Positions 38,601-47,397 of a stretch of 64,000 nucleotides of DNA are shown here, in pieces (the stretch's first letter is position 1; every line of letters begins with the position of its first letter). The notes under the pieces were generated by a model that searched no databases, was not told the origin of the DNA, and worked only from the letters and a program-made list of their open reading frames with translations. The stretch lies in the IMG/VR virus record IMGVR_UViG_3300036987_000310, positions 312,675 to 376,674 of that record. One strand, 5' to 3'. Position numbers and translations under genes: made by a program. The DNA comes from a virus. Its lineage: Duplodnaviria > Caudoviricetes.

Positions 38601-40472
38601 CTGGCGACCGTGGTGACGGACGGTTCGGGGATCCGGTATTTGCACCAGACCCGCAACGTCGTCCACAACGAGAGCTACATTCTGCACAACTACCTGCTCA
38701 ACGTGCGGAAGATCAGGCTCAAGAGCGGCCTCGGTGTGGTCGAGGGCAGCACAGCCAGGAAGTTCGATGTCGGCTCGGGCGTGTACTATCGAGCCCTGGA
38801 CGAAATCAGCTACGCGGGTGGTTCTGATGTCACCTTCAGTTCGTTCTACGGGACGAACGGGGCGACAGAAGTGTCGGGGCAGACCGAGCTGAACATCACC
38901 CAGTATGACAACGCTGGAACCTTGACCTCGTTCACGACCGGGTACTTTCGCTCGGACACAGTGATTCTGACCAGCGACGGCAGGGTCAACGTCGTCTTCG
39001 GCACGGCGCAGTACGCTTCCCAGGTTCTTGCCGAGGCCGCTTCCGTTGGCAACGTGCCGACGTTCATGGAAGCATCTGCTTGCACCTTGGCCCAAGTCAT
39101 CGTGGAAGAGGGGGAAGGCATCGTTTCCGTGCTGGACCGTCGACCGACCGATGCGGGAAGCGGTGGAAGCGCCGGGGGTGTGAGCGTCCATTCGGCTTTG
39201 GCGGGACTTTCAGCGGACGACCACACCCAGTACCTGCTGGTGTCAGGCACGCGGGCGATGTCCGGGGCTCTCAACATGGGGAGCCAGAACATCACGAGCG
39301 CCGGAACGGTCAACGGCGTGACCGTCGAGGGCCATGCCTCCAGGCACAACCCTGGCGGGACAGATGCCCTGGCCTTGGGGACTCCCGTGGCTGTGCAGAT
39401 CGGCGCTTCGGCTGCCGAGGGTAGTGCGGCCAGTCTTGCTCGGAGCGACCACCAGCACGGTGTCACGGCAGGCACTCCGGTTGCTGTTGGCACGGCGAAC
39501 TCCGCTGGGTCCGGTACAGACGGCGTCCGGGCGAACCATGTCCATGACCACGGTAGCCAAAGCACGGCGACCCATCATGCCGTGTGTACGACAGGGGCCA
39601 ACGGCTTCATGTCGAGCACGGACAAGACCAAGCTCGATGGCGTCGCCACGGGGGCTACGAACACGCCCCTGACCAGCACGGCTCCGGTGAATGTGACCAA
39701 GGCTGCGGCTGTGGTTGGCGTGTCCACCGAGGCCGCCCGGCAGGACCACAAGCACGACATCACGACGGGCTCCCCGGTTGCTGCCGCCATCGGGGACACG
39801 CAGGCTGAAGGGACAGCGACTTCTCTTGCCCGAAGTGACCATCGGCACGCAGTTTCAGCGGGAACCCCTGTGTCGGTTGGGACAGCGAATGCGGAAGGGG
39901 CTGCTGCGACTTTTGCCCGCAGCAACCATGTTCACAGCGGCCTGACCCGAGGTGCGGCTGACATCAACAGCTTCACGGAGAAGGCGACGCCGGTCAGTGC
40001 GGATGTGCTTCTCATCGAGGACTCTGCGGACTCCTACAACAAGAAGAAGGTACAGGTCGGGAACCTTCCGGGAGGCGGGACTGCTCCGGTATTCGGAACG
40101 GAGTTTCAGCAGAGTAGCAAGGATGGTACGGAAAGTGTCACAGGAACGGCTTGGACTCAGTACCACAGGTTCACCACAGCGAGCCTTCCGGCAGGAACCT
40201 ATCGGATTGGCTTCTGGCACCAGTTTGCGCATGGTTCTACGAGCAACAGCTTTGAGTCCAGGGTGCAGGTGGACGACACGACGGAGATCCTGACCCATGT
40301 GCAAGAAATACAAGACCCCGCAGGTGCGCAGAGGAATACGATTGCGGGTTTTGCCTACGTGACGTTCTTGACGAGCACCACGCATAACATCGACGTGGAC
40401 TACAAGGCCGGGTCTGCGGCGACGACAGCCTACATGCACCTAGCGGGCATTGAAGTTTGGAGGGTCGCCTGA
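35664..40472 (+). CDS. Large tail fibre/spike-like protein with two beta-helix (pectin-lyase-like) regions
   Basis: 1602 aa; V-x-x-x-G-x-G-x-F/Y-T-x-I-x-x-A beta-helix caps twice; ARxDHxH repeats. Confidence 0.75.
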   Translation: MALHRTLTASDGIHIAFAFSYADEAARTGATGLTADDVGKMAQQVDNKTYWILSNHSPVTWIAVAGGLTNPMTTRGDVIFGGTGGSPSRLAGVAGAYLRSGGSAADPTFVRAVDADSLIASATVGATPDASAILQADSTTKGFLMPRMTEAQRNAITTPAVGLMVYEPIAKRVWFYDGSVWCKLVVGQAKVVTVAADGTGDFTGIQDAIDSILDAADLNRYVVEVSPGVYNEDVVMADYIQVSGAGWDSLVQGQIVCSGLEYTQINDMRVESENKPALDVDSVGGEVNVTGCFLFAGWDDTASPATVRCCVEIEAGTVYLYKESEATCSNTDAVNTAPTTIQTVYHLQGTDEIYLECYGQYDYIETVNGGNTLCCIYSTNTSEDTEVLNQLGNMDFAGLGTHSNPISLIKHVGANGATGFAYKQVAGTMGSGGTPSFIVADCSNSPAASVIRTAFCRSRVAGIADADTYTARSTHATDKVWVFNHLFSRIADTLPGRNTSGGSAGAYYYTITNTFGTGSSSGQFNGVEQGADVTDWTNVSAALGGQAGANAAYVFQSDGAGGGTMAPNVAAITRRLKVGLGGGVQYTSIKSAVDAAIAGGASATSPWLIEVYPGTYTEAAFNLQSGIVLRGTDVRMDTVFVVASDPTNDLITSTGGYIAGLNLSGVTTSGKCLIRCATALSLTVLHGVSLRKCDQGLVVSNGAKCIATSFSINLNGVGQTVGTGLFVTGSGSYFAVTGGFFSCPSALLPGYAANPIQTGVKVADSAKVFLTSCTFQIAYKTTDADALFVETGGEVGLFSSEVSGCANATHIGSSGTGSRFIIQAASFQGNVKNGFCESSTGRYFILASAEELKWDAVSGSGLSGITQLRSSSKTYIIGAAAYSFPTGVSADFQGFFHDQVSTGLGVGGEVTAATGLTVDVAAGDGWITRHDPDHDSFNVSWDAEASLDLTASSTNYVVYNSVTSGIEVLLSSPGETAILLATVVTDGSGIRYLHQTRNVVHNESYILHNYLLNVRKIRLKSGLGVVEGSTARKFDVGSGVYYRALDEISYAGGSDVTFSSFYGTNGATEVSGQTELNITQYDNAGTLTSFTTGYFRSDTVILTSDGRVNVVFGTAQYASQVLAEAASVGNVPTFMEASACTLAQVIVEEGEGIVSVLDRRPTDAGSGGSAGGVSVHSALAGLSADDHTQYLLVSGTRAMSGALNMGSQNITSAGTVNGVTVEGHASRHNPGGTDALALGTPVAVQIGASAAEGSAASLARSDHQHGVTAGTPVAVGTANSAGSGTDGVRANHVHDHGSQSTATHHAVCTTGANGFMSSTDKTKLDGVATGATNTPLTSTAPVNVTKAAAVVGVSTEAARQDHKHDITTGSPVAAAIGDTQAEGTATSLARSDHRHAVSAGTPVSVGTANAEGAAATFARSNHVHSGLTRGAADINSFTEKATPVSADVLLIEDSADSYNKKKVQVGNLPGGGTAPVFGTEFQQSSKDGTESVTGTAWTQYHRFTTASLPAGTYRIGFWHQFAHGSTSNSFESRVQVDDTTEILTHVQEIQDPAGAQRNTIAGFAYVTFLTSTTHNIDVDYKAGSAATTAYMHLAGIEVWRVA

Positions 40473-41635
40473 TGGCACAGACCACGTACATATATTCCAT
40501 CTCGACGGACTTTCCGAACCACAAGGTCGAGCCGGGCAGGTTGGTCGGGGAGATCCAATCAAGCACCATCGTGATTGCCTGTGACGGCATTCTCACCGCA
40601 GGCGACGTGTGCAGCATTCTGTTCAAGGCCGACATCGGAGCGGACAAGACCGTTCTTGATGGTCTCGTGGCAGCGCACTCGGGGGAACCCCTTCCGCAAC
40701 CGGGGTATGAGTCCGACGGTACCCCCATCGTCACCTTGAAGCATCGTCAGGATGATGGGGTACCCACCCAAGCCGCCTCCCCCAGGACGGGCAGCGAGAT
40801 CGTCGTTGGAACGCACAACTTTGCGGACCCTACGACGTGGTTCGGGGACTCCGTGAGGGTTGAATCCGAAGCCCTCTCCGATTCGGGGGATGGTCTGGTG
40901 TGGGGGTCAGCCCACGTCAACTGGATCGACATGCGGACGGGGAGGATGCATAACCAGGAGCATTGGCGGGAGCAGGTGGACCATCAGTACGCTGTCGAGG
41001 TCAAGGTAGACGGGGTGGTCATGACCCACTGCTTCCCCTTCACATTCACCTCTGCCACCGGGGACTACTGGGTGGACTACGACGAGGGCAAGGTCCACTT
41101 CTTCGTCTCCCAGGCGGGCAAGCTCGTGACGGCAAGCTACAGCTACGCCAATGGCAGCACGTTCTACGTCCGTCCCCTTGCAGGCAAGATGCTGCGCATC
41201 GAGGACGCCGAGGCCGACTTCAGCAAGGACAGCGTGTTGACGACGTGCTTTGGGTACATCGTGATGGGGTACGCGGACGTGTTCGCTCCCACTATGGTGC
41301 CTGACCCCCTTCCTCCTGGGACCCTGGTGCCCCTCCAGACGGACTACTACCTGAGGGTCAGCCAGATCGTGACGGAGGCCCGAGGTTCGCTTCCTCCCAT
41401 CGACCCCATTGGAGCGACGCCTGAGGAGCTGCTTATCGAGGATCTCAAGGAGTTCCGTCGCAAGAGCCGTGGGATGAAGAACTCGGTTCAGGCCATCCCG
41501 TTCAACTATGCGACGGCCAGGGACTTGCACTCGTCCTATGGCATGGAGCTGCATGTGAAGATAAATGACGGACAGCCAGTGCAGGGCGAGCATATGACGA
41601 TCACGTTCTATTGCACGTCCAAAGACGAAAGCTGA
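40472..41635 (+). CDS. Putative structural protein
   Basis: TGATG overlap with the fibre gene; beta-rich. Confidence 0.6.
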   Translation: MAQTTYIYSISTDFPNHKVEPGRLVGEIQSSTIVIACDGILTAGDVCSILFKADIGADKTVLDGLVAAHSGEPLPQPGYESDGTPIVTLKHRQDDGVPTQAASPRTGSEIVVGTHNFADPTTWFGDSVRVESEALSDSGDGLVWGSAHVNWIDMRTGRMHNQEHWREQVDHQYAVEVKVDGVVMTHCFPFTFTSATGDYWVDYDEGKVHFFVSQAGKLVTASYSYANGSTFYVRPLAGKMLRIEDAEADFSKDSVLTTCFGYIVMGYADVFAPTMVPDPLPPGTLVPLQTDYYLRVSQIVTEARGSLPPIDPIGATPEELLIEDLKEFRRKSRGMKNSVQAIPFNYATARDLHSSYGMELHVKINDGQPVQGEHMTITFYCTSKDES

Positions 41636-41692
41636 ACCCCGAAACGATGGCTCGATACGTCGAGACTACTGCACAGCCAAGGATGAAGTAGC

Positions 41693-42562
41693 ATGAGAGC
41701 ATTGGTTCTGTCTGGCGGGGCCGTCAAGGGAGCCTACGAGGCGGGTGTCATCAGTCGTTGGATGGGCGAAGATCGTGTCGACTACGACATCCTGTGTGGG
41801 GTCAGCGTGGGGGCTATTAACGCGGCGTTTTTGTGTCAAACGCCTCTTGGGAGGCCCAACAAGGCGTCCCAAGCACTTCTCGATCTATGGCTCCGGGTCG
41901 AGACTAGTAAGGTTCATCGGTCGTGGCTTCCCTTTGGTCCCCTGGAGGCCCTTTGGAAGCCGTCGGTGTTCAATTCTGAGCCCCTTCAAGCATGGATCCG
42001 GGGAGAGCTGGACGCCAAGGCCATCGCAGGCTCAGGGCGTAAGCTGCGGGTTGGTTGCGTGGCTTGGGACAACGGGGAGTATCACTGCGGGACCGACCAG
42101 GACGAGAACATCGCCGACTGGGTCATCGCTTCGGCAAGCTTTCCGGTGTTCTTATGCCCCGTCCAAATCGGCAGTCGCCTGTGGTCGGACGGGGGTCTGC
42201 GCAACGTCACGCCCCTTGGCGAGGCCATCCGGCTCGGAGCCGATGAAGTGGACATCGTCATGTGCTCGAACCCGGATCTGCCTATCCCGTGGGATACGGA
42301 TGCAGCAGCCGTCCCTGGTTTCATGATGCGGGCTATCGAACTGATGGGCGATGAGGTGATCCGGTCAGACCTTCAGGTCTGTGGGCTCAAGAATGACCTG
42401 GTGGAGTTGAAGCCCCAGTACCGGAAGGTCAAGGTTCGGCTCGTGCAGCCAACGGTCAACCTTGTTGAGAACTCTCTAAAATTCGAACAACCGGACATCC
42501 AGCGGATGATCCGACAGGGTTATGAGGACGCGGGCAACGTGCAGGCAATCACGCTGTTGTAG
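41693..42562 (+). CDS. Patatin-like phospholipase
   Basis: LSGGAVKG oxyanion loop, GVSVG nucleophile elbow, DGG catalytic Asp. Confidence 0.9.
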   Translation: MRALVLSGGAVKGAYEAGVISRWMGEDRVDYDILCGVSVGAINAAFLCQTPLGRPNKASQALLDLWLRVETSKVHRSWLPFGPLEALWKPSVFNSEPLQAWIRGELDAKAIAGSGRKLRVGCVAWDNGEYHCGTDQDENIADWVIASASFPVFLCPVQIGSRLWSDGGLRNVTPLGEAIRLGADEVDIVMCSNPDLPIPWDTDAAAVPGFMMRAIELMGDEVIRSDLQVCGLKNDLVELKPQYRKVKVRLVQPTVNLVENSLKFEQPDIQRMIRQGYEDAGNVQAITLL

Positions 42563-42632
42563 AAGTTAGCACTGTCAAACGGCGTGCATGATTTTATATT
42601 TTTTATCATAACGCAAATTTCAGGAGAAGCCA

Positions 42633-44018
42633 ATGCCCATCACGCTAATTCGAGTCATCAACCAGCAGACAATCAATCGCTCAATCTTGCTGGACAAGCT
42701 TGATGATGGTCAGTCCAACACTGAAGGGTACGCAAACCTTCCTAAGCAACAGGTTTACGTTCCATATTCAAATCCGGCTAATGTAGCTGTCAAAGGGTAT
42801 GTTGACTTGGTTCCGACCGATCGCGTCTTGCTTTCTGCCGATCGCGGAACCATTGCTGGCTTGAAGTCTGCTGGCCGAACTGACCACTTTGCCTTCAATT
42901 CTGCTTTGATTTCTACGCCAACAGTTTCTGCCGTGTCAAATCTTGGAACTGACACGACAATTGACGGCACCACGTTCTTGTCAGTAACTCCAGACGTCAC
43001 ATATGTGAAGTTTACAAACACGCTCGGCGCTTCTCAGTTTGTTCCTTCGTCTGCGTTCTCCGTGTTTAACGCTACGCAGATCGTGGTCCCAGATGCAGCC
43101 GTGTCGATTGGAACTCCTGGCGAGGGTTGGACTGTTGCCGTGGTGGCAAATTCGAAAACTAGCAATTTGATGCCGATCGGAAATGTTGCAGTCATCACTA
43201 CCGCAGTTTTGCTAGCTGGCGATGTGACGATCACTGGCGTGGACTTCCTGTCGACTTCCCCACTAACCTCATCTGTGGTGTTCACCGGAACCGGGGCTGT
43301 GACACTCACCCAGGCAGCGATCACTGGAGGCGGCGGCACGTTCAACAATACTACGATCGTCATCCCGACAGCATTGATCCCGGGCGTCGTCGAAGGGACA
43401 ACTTCTGTTGCCGTGACAGCCGAAGGATTCACATCGGCGGCCAAGGCTCTCATCGTGACTCCAGTTCTCACGATCGCTCGGCTGAACATGCCGACCTTGG
43501 GAGACATAACGATCACAGGAACGAGCTTGCTGTCGAATGTTGGCGACTCTTCGGTGGCGTTCTCTTCGCCGTTGAATCTAACTCAGACAGACATCACTGG
43601 CGCTGGCGGAACGTTCAACAACACGACCATCGTCATACCAGCAGCTTTGGCTGCTGGAGCAGTTTCTGAATCTGACTCTGTTGTGGTTACGGCAGACAGC
43701 CTTGCTTCTAGTTTGATTTACGTTCTGGCCGTTCCAATGATTGCAAGCGCTTTGATTGACACCCCGCTTGCTGGCGATTTGACTATCTCCGGCACCGGCT
43801 TCTCTTCGGTTGTTCCGACGAACACCAGTGTCACTATTACAGGAACTGGTGCGATTGTTTTGACTCAAGCCACCATTGTTGGCGGCGCCGGGACGGTCAA
43901 CGACACGACAATTGTCATTCCGGCAGCTTTGTTCACTAGCGGCCCGATTGCTGCTGCGACCTCTTCAGCTCAGATTACGGCTGACTTCCTGAATTCGGAT
44001 GTCGTCGCTGTGGCGTGA
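42633..44018 (+). CDS. Virion surface protein with four IPT/TIG (Ig-like) repeats
   Basis: Repeats of P..GD(V/I/L)TITG..F..S.V.F...TTIVIP; AGGAG SD. Confidence 0.7.
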   Translation: MPITLIRVINQQTINRSILLDKLDDGQSNTEGYANLPKQQVYVPYSNPANVAVKGYVDLVPTDRVLLSADRGTIAGLKSAGRTDHFAFNSALISTPTVSAVSNLGTDTTIDGTTFLSVTPDVTYVKFTNTLGASQFVPSSAFSVFNATQIVVPDAAVSIGTPGEGWTVAVVANSKTSNLMPIGNVAVITTAVLLAGDVTITGVDFLSTSPLTSSVVFTGTGAVTLTQAAITGGGGTFNNTTIVIPTALIPGVVEGTTSVAVTAEGFTSAAKALIVTPVLTIARLNMPTLGDITITGTSLLSNVGDSSVAFSSPLNLTQTDITGAGGTFNNTTIVIPAALAAGAVSESDSVVVTADSLASSLIYVLAVPMIASALIDTPLAGDLTISGTGFSSVVPTNTSVTITGTGAIVLTQATIVGGAGTVNDTTIVIPAALFTSGPIAAATSSAQITADFLNSDVVAVA

Positions 44019-44409
44019 CGCACTTCTTGCACGCAACCGAAAAACCGTCTGGAAAATGATTTCTCCTTAAAGTTGCGCATCGGCGCGCCCCTAGCCTTTT
44101 TCCGGCTGCATCAAGCACCATCAAGTTTTTCTTCAACCCGCATCTCGGGCATGCTAAAGCGGGGCAGTATGCAGTTATAGCCTCCATTTGTGCTCGGCGT
44201 CTGTAGCTTTTCTGTCGATCGGCTGCACGGGACGACTGTCTTTTCATGATTTTCTTTGCATTGTTTTCGTAATACTCTCGTTTGCAAACCGAACATCTCC
44301 ACTGAATAGTCTCCATTCCGGAGCAGTTCATGGCTTTTGCTTCGTAGAATATTTGCATCCCATGTTTTATGCAGTTTCGAATAACTATTTCCATGTAGAA
44401 CCATACCAA
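43975..44409 (-). pseudogene. Degenerate HNH-like endonuclease
   Basis: CSVC, EAITAY..CPRCG, FPDGFSVACKKC; the expected DH and terminal N residues are absent. Confidence 0.45.
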
Positions 44410-44481
44410 ATGCGTTATTTTCCTTGGTTGAAGCTATTATGATTTGCGTTCATGCAATTCAGCCAGTTAGGTAGGTGAACC

Positions 44482-45291
44482 ATGCGTGTAGGAATCGTTC
44501 GATCCGACATCCAGAAGATCTTTCTCAACGACATCGAGTCTCGATCTCAGCGCTGCTTTTCGAAGGAGCCACCCGGTCAGACCAGATATCTGCACAAGCC
44601 GACGGATGCGGAGCTTCTTGCTGTCCTGAACGGGTATGCGAATTTGACGATTCGCGGCTCGGACACGGCTGCAACGGTCGACACCACAGTGGCCAACGGA
44701 ACCAAGCTCAACATCAGGACGAGTCCGACCGCAGCATACACTCAAGTGACTGTGACGTCGAATGCGGCACTCGCCAAGACCCAGATCGTCACCGAGCTGA
44801 ATGCAGCTTTCACAGCCGCAGGCCTAGGTTTGGTCGCCCGCATCAGCGGAACAAACCAGCTGACCATCGACACGACGTCCAAGGGCCCGAATGCTTACGT
44901 CGCAGTCAGCGCGGGCAGCCCCAGCGCTGGCGCTTTGCATACCGTCCTTGGTCTCGCAGCCGCCGCCACGTCTGGTTTGTCTGTCGCTGCTCTCAAGGTG
45001 GCGGTCTATCCGACCAGCGTGACGATCAACGTGGCCCCTGCGACAATTAACGCCCTGTCAACGTTCACTCTGATGGCAACCGCTGCTCAGACTGCGCTAG
45101 ACGTAGCGATTGCTGACGTTGTCGCGCCTCACCTGGTTGAAACTGGAATGGCGTTGCTATCGTTTGCATATGGAAACATGTCGAAGATGCGTTCCACCAG
45201 CTTCCAGCCCGGCGGAACGCGCAGCGGCCTTCCTGCTGGCATCTGCGCTGCGATCGTCGATGACGATGGGCACACGCCCTTCGTAGTGTAG
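44482..45291 (+). CDS. Putative structural protein
   Basis: Ala/Thr-rich, high-expression codons. Confidence 0.6.
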   Translation: MRVGIVRSDIQKIFLNDIESRSQRCFSKEPPGQTRYLHKPTDAELLAVLNGYANLTIRGSDTAATVDTTVANGTKLNIRTSPTAAYTQVTVTSNAALAKTQIVTELNAAFTAAGLGLVARISGTNQLTIDTTSKGPNAYVAVSAGSPSAGALHTVLGLAAAATSGLSVAALKVAVYPTSVTINVAPATINALSTFTLMATAAQTALDVAIADVVAPHLVETGMALLSFAYGNMSKMRSTSFQPGGTRSGLPAGICAAIVDDDGHTPFVV

Positions 45292-45328
45292 TACTCACGA
45301 ATATTGGTTTCGCTCGGTAGAGTTCTTT

Positions 45329-46207
45329 ATGGACTCCCCCAAACCAATCCGCTACACGATTTATTGTCACATTCACATCGAATCCGGTCGCCGCTACACA
45401 GGTCTGACGAAAAAGACCATGGCGTTTCGGTGGAACCAGCATCTTCAGAATGCATTGAAGAAGCGCGGCAAGGGATGCGCCCATTTTTGGGCTGCGATTC
45501 GGAAATATGGCAAGGACGCCTTTTCTCACGAAGTGTTGGAAACTTGTAGTGACTTGGACCAATCCAATTTGGCCGAAGAATGGTGGATTCGCTGGTTTAG
45601 AACAAGAGACCCACAGTTCGGATTCAATTTGAAGCGTGGGGGCAGTCATACCCCACACCCAGTGCGTAATCCTTGGGATCGTCCCGAGTTCCGCGAAAAA
45701 GCTCTTGCACTATTGGCTAAGGCGAATAATGTTTCCCTTGAGGAGCGTTCAGAGCGCACAAGAAAACTCTGGGAGGATCCTAAATTCCGTGAACGAGTGT
45801 CAGACATGTTGCGCAACAACATGGCGGACCCAGCGGTTAAGAAGCGCGCCACTGAAGCCATGAAGACTTCTTTCGCCACTCCAAAGTCCAAAGCCAAGCG
45901 CTCCGAGTCTACACGGCGGATGTGGCAATCCGATGAATATCGTGCAGCAAATGCTGAACTATGGAAAGATTCAGATTTTCGCGCTCGTTGCGAATCTGGT
46001 CTTAGACATGGTGCTTCAGTAAACTCTAACAAGACTCGCTGCCCCCACGGTCATGAGTATTCACTCGAGAACACGGTTGTCAACAGCAGAGGCTCGAGAG
46101 AGTGTTTAACTTGCACACGAAAGTCAAAGAGAGAGGGAGCCAGAGCACGTCGTGCCAAGGCTAAAGACGTCACCATGAAATTGACCCATCAAACGCCAGA
46201 TTCTTGA
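45329..46207 (+). CDS. GIY-YIG homing endonuclease
   Basis: TIY..RYTG, RWNQH, EEWWI, GFNL; helical W..P/D..FR repeats; C-terminal CPHGH..CLTC Zn finger. Confidence 0.8.
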   Translation: MDSPKPIRYTIYCHIHIESGRRYTGLTKKTMAFRWNQHLQNALKKRGKGCAHFWAAIRKYGKDAFSHEVLETCSDLDQSNLAEEWWIRWFRTRDPQFGFNLKRGGSHTPHPVRNPWDRPEFREKALALLAKANNVSLEERSERTRKLWEDPKFRERVSDMLRNNMADPAVKKRATEAMKTSFATPKSKAKRSESTRRMWQSDEYRAANAELWKDSDFRARCESGLRHGASVNSNKTRCPHGHEYSLENTVVNSRGSRECLTCTRKSKREGARARRAKAKDVTMKLTHQTPDS

Positions 46208-46241
46208 TCAGTATGAAACCAGTCGACAGTTCGAAACCTGC

Positions 46242-46583
46242 TCAGCACTTGGGCGTCCACACCCAGCGCTTCTTACCAAGATCCCAAATTTTTCTGTACC
46301 CTTGGGCTTCGCGCATTTCGGCTTCTGTCAAGGGGCTGTCTCGCTCTTGGCCGCGCTTGCGCAGCCCTGACTTGTTGCATTTTCCGCACGATTTCACATG
46401 GCCGCGTGTCACATCGATGATGGATTTCAATGCCTCTTTGCCGCAATCGCACACCCGTATGACCTTTCGACCTGACGCGCGTGTGAACGCGCCGGGGTTT
46501 TTCATTCGCAGTTTTCCGAATCTGGAATTTTTCCAGATTTCTGGGGCGATCTCGCCACGTTTGTTTTCATGGAATTCCGGCAT
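46242..46583 (-). CDS. Homing-endonuclease-associated Zn-binding module without nuclease
   Basis: FGKL..CDCG..G..KSCGKC. Confidence 0.5.
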   Translation of the reverse strand: MPEFHENKRGEIAPEIWKNSRFGKLRMKNPGAFTRASGRKVIRVCDCGKEALKSIIDVTRGHVKSCGKCNKSGLRKRGQERDSPLTEAEMREAQGYRKIWDLGKKRWVWTPKC

Positions 46584-46606
46584 CCATACGCCTTTGGTAA
46601 CGTTGT

Positions 46607-46864
46607 TTGTTTAGGAACATACACATGAACACTGAAGACCAAGAGTTTGAAACGCACGATATTTATCTGGCTGCTTATTTGAAGGTCTGCTCTTGCCAGT
46701 TGTTGCGTAGGCGAAAACAAGCCAATCGTGTATACTTTGTTTTTACAAATTCTGCTGGCTCGATCAAAGACCTCCGTGAAGCGTTCTTTTCCGGACAAGC
46801 TAAAGTCCCAGCACACCAATACGCAATGGAAATAGTGTCGGTCAAGCAGCTTTGTTTCGAGTAG
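46607..46864 (+). CDS. Small DUF5659-like protein
   Basis: FETHDIYLAAYL..RVYFVF. Confidence 0.55.
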   Translation: MFRNIHMNTEDQEFETHDIYLAAYLKVCSCQLLRRRKQANRVYFVFTNSAGSIKDLREAFFSGQAKVPAHQYAMEIVSVKQLCFE

Positions 46865-47008
46865 CGCCGCGAATATCGGTTTTTTCGCCAAAATGGGAAA
46901 ACGGTGAACACCGGGCACTTTTCTGACGAAAAGGATGCCGCTCGCGTTTACGATCGCGAGGTTGCGGTGTGCTTCGGCGACAAAGCACGTCTGAATTTCT
47001 CACCTTGA
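46865..47008 (+). pseudogene. AP2/ERF DNA-binding domain fragment, in frame after the amber stop of 46607-46864
   Basis: GKTVNTGHFSDEKDAARVYDREVAVCFGDKARLNF; has no start codon of its own. Confidence 0.65.
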
Positions 47009-47031
47009 ACTTCTGATTGTTGTTCTTTCAT

Positions 47032-47397
47032 ATGGCGAGGACAATTTTTGCCGGACGTTTGGCATTTGGGCAAACTGATTTTTTCGAATCCGGGGCTCGC
47101 AAGACCGGGCTTGTTTGGTCAGACTTGCAAATGCAAATGTTTGTCGACGGGAGCCTTTTAACCTGGGGCCTGTCTGACGGAGCGTCTGTCGCGGATTCCA
47201 GCATTGGGGCAGGGTTTGTGTTTTTTAACGAGATTTCCGGTGCTTCCGGCTTCTACCTCGTTCGATTTTTTCCAGACAGGCCGGGGTTTTGGAGAATCGT
47301 TCTTCGGCACCCGACGCTTGGCGAAGTCGTCAGCGAGTTTGACGCAGTTCCGACCGCGCCATCTTTTTCGGGCCTTCAAGCATCATTTGGATCATGA
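47032..47397 (+). CDS. Putative structural protein (Ig-like)
   Basis: GFYLVRFFPDRPGFW motif; CTTCTGAT upstream. Confidence 0.55.
   Translation: MARTIFAGRLAFGQTDFFESGARKTGLVWSDLQMQMFVDGSLLTWGLSDGASVADSSIGAGFVFFNEISGASGFYLVRFFPDRPGFWRIVLRHPTLGEVVSEFDAVPTAPSFSGLQASFGS

Noticed and set aside
33551-41593. Long antisense and alternative-frame ORFs (e.g. 33551-34735, 38235-39191, 38846-39565, 40907-41593)
   Set aside because: Shadow ORFs expected from high GC3 in the fibre cassette; no motifs or start signals
35664-44018. Diversity-generating retroelement acting on fibre genes
   Set aside because: No reverse transcriptase and no template/variable repeat pair with A-specific mismatches seen in this window
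44111-44404. 97-aa minus-strand ORF
   Set aside because: The overlapping frame 43975-44409 carries the Cys motifs; this frame has none
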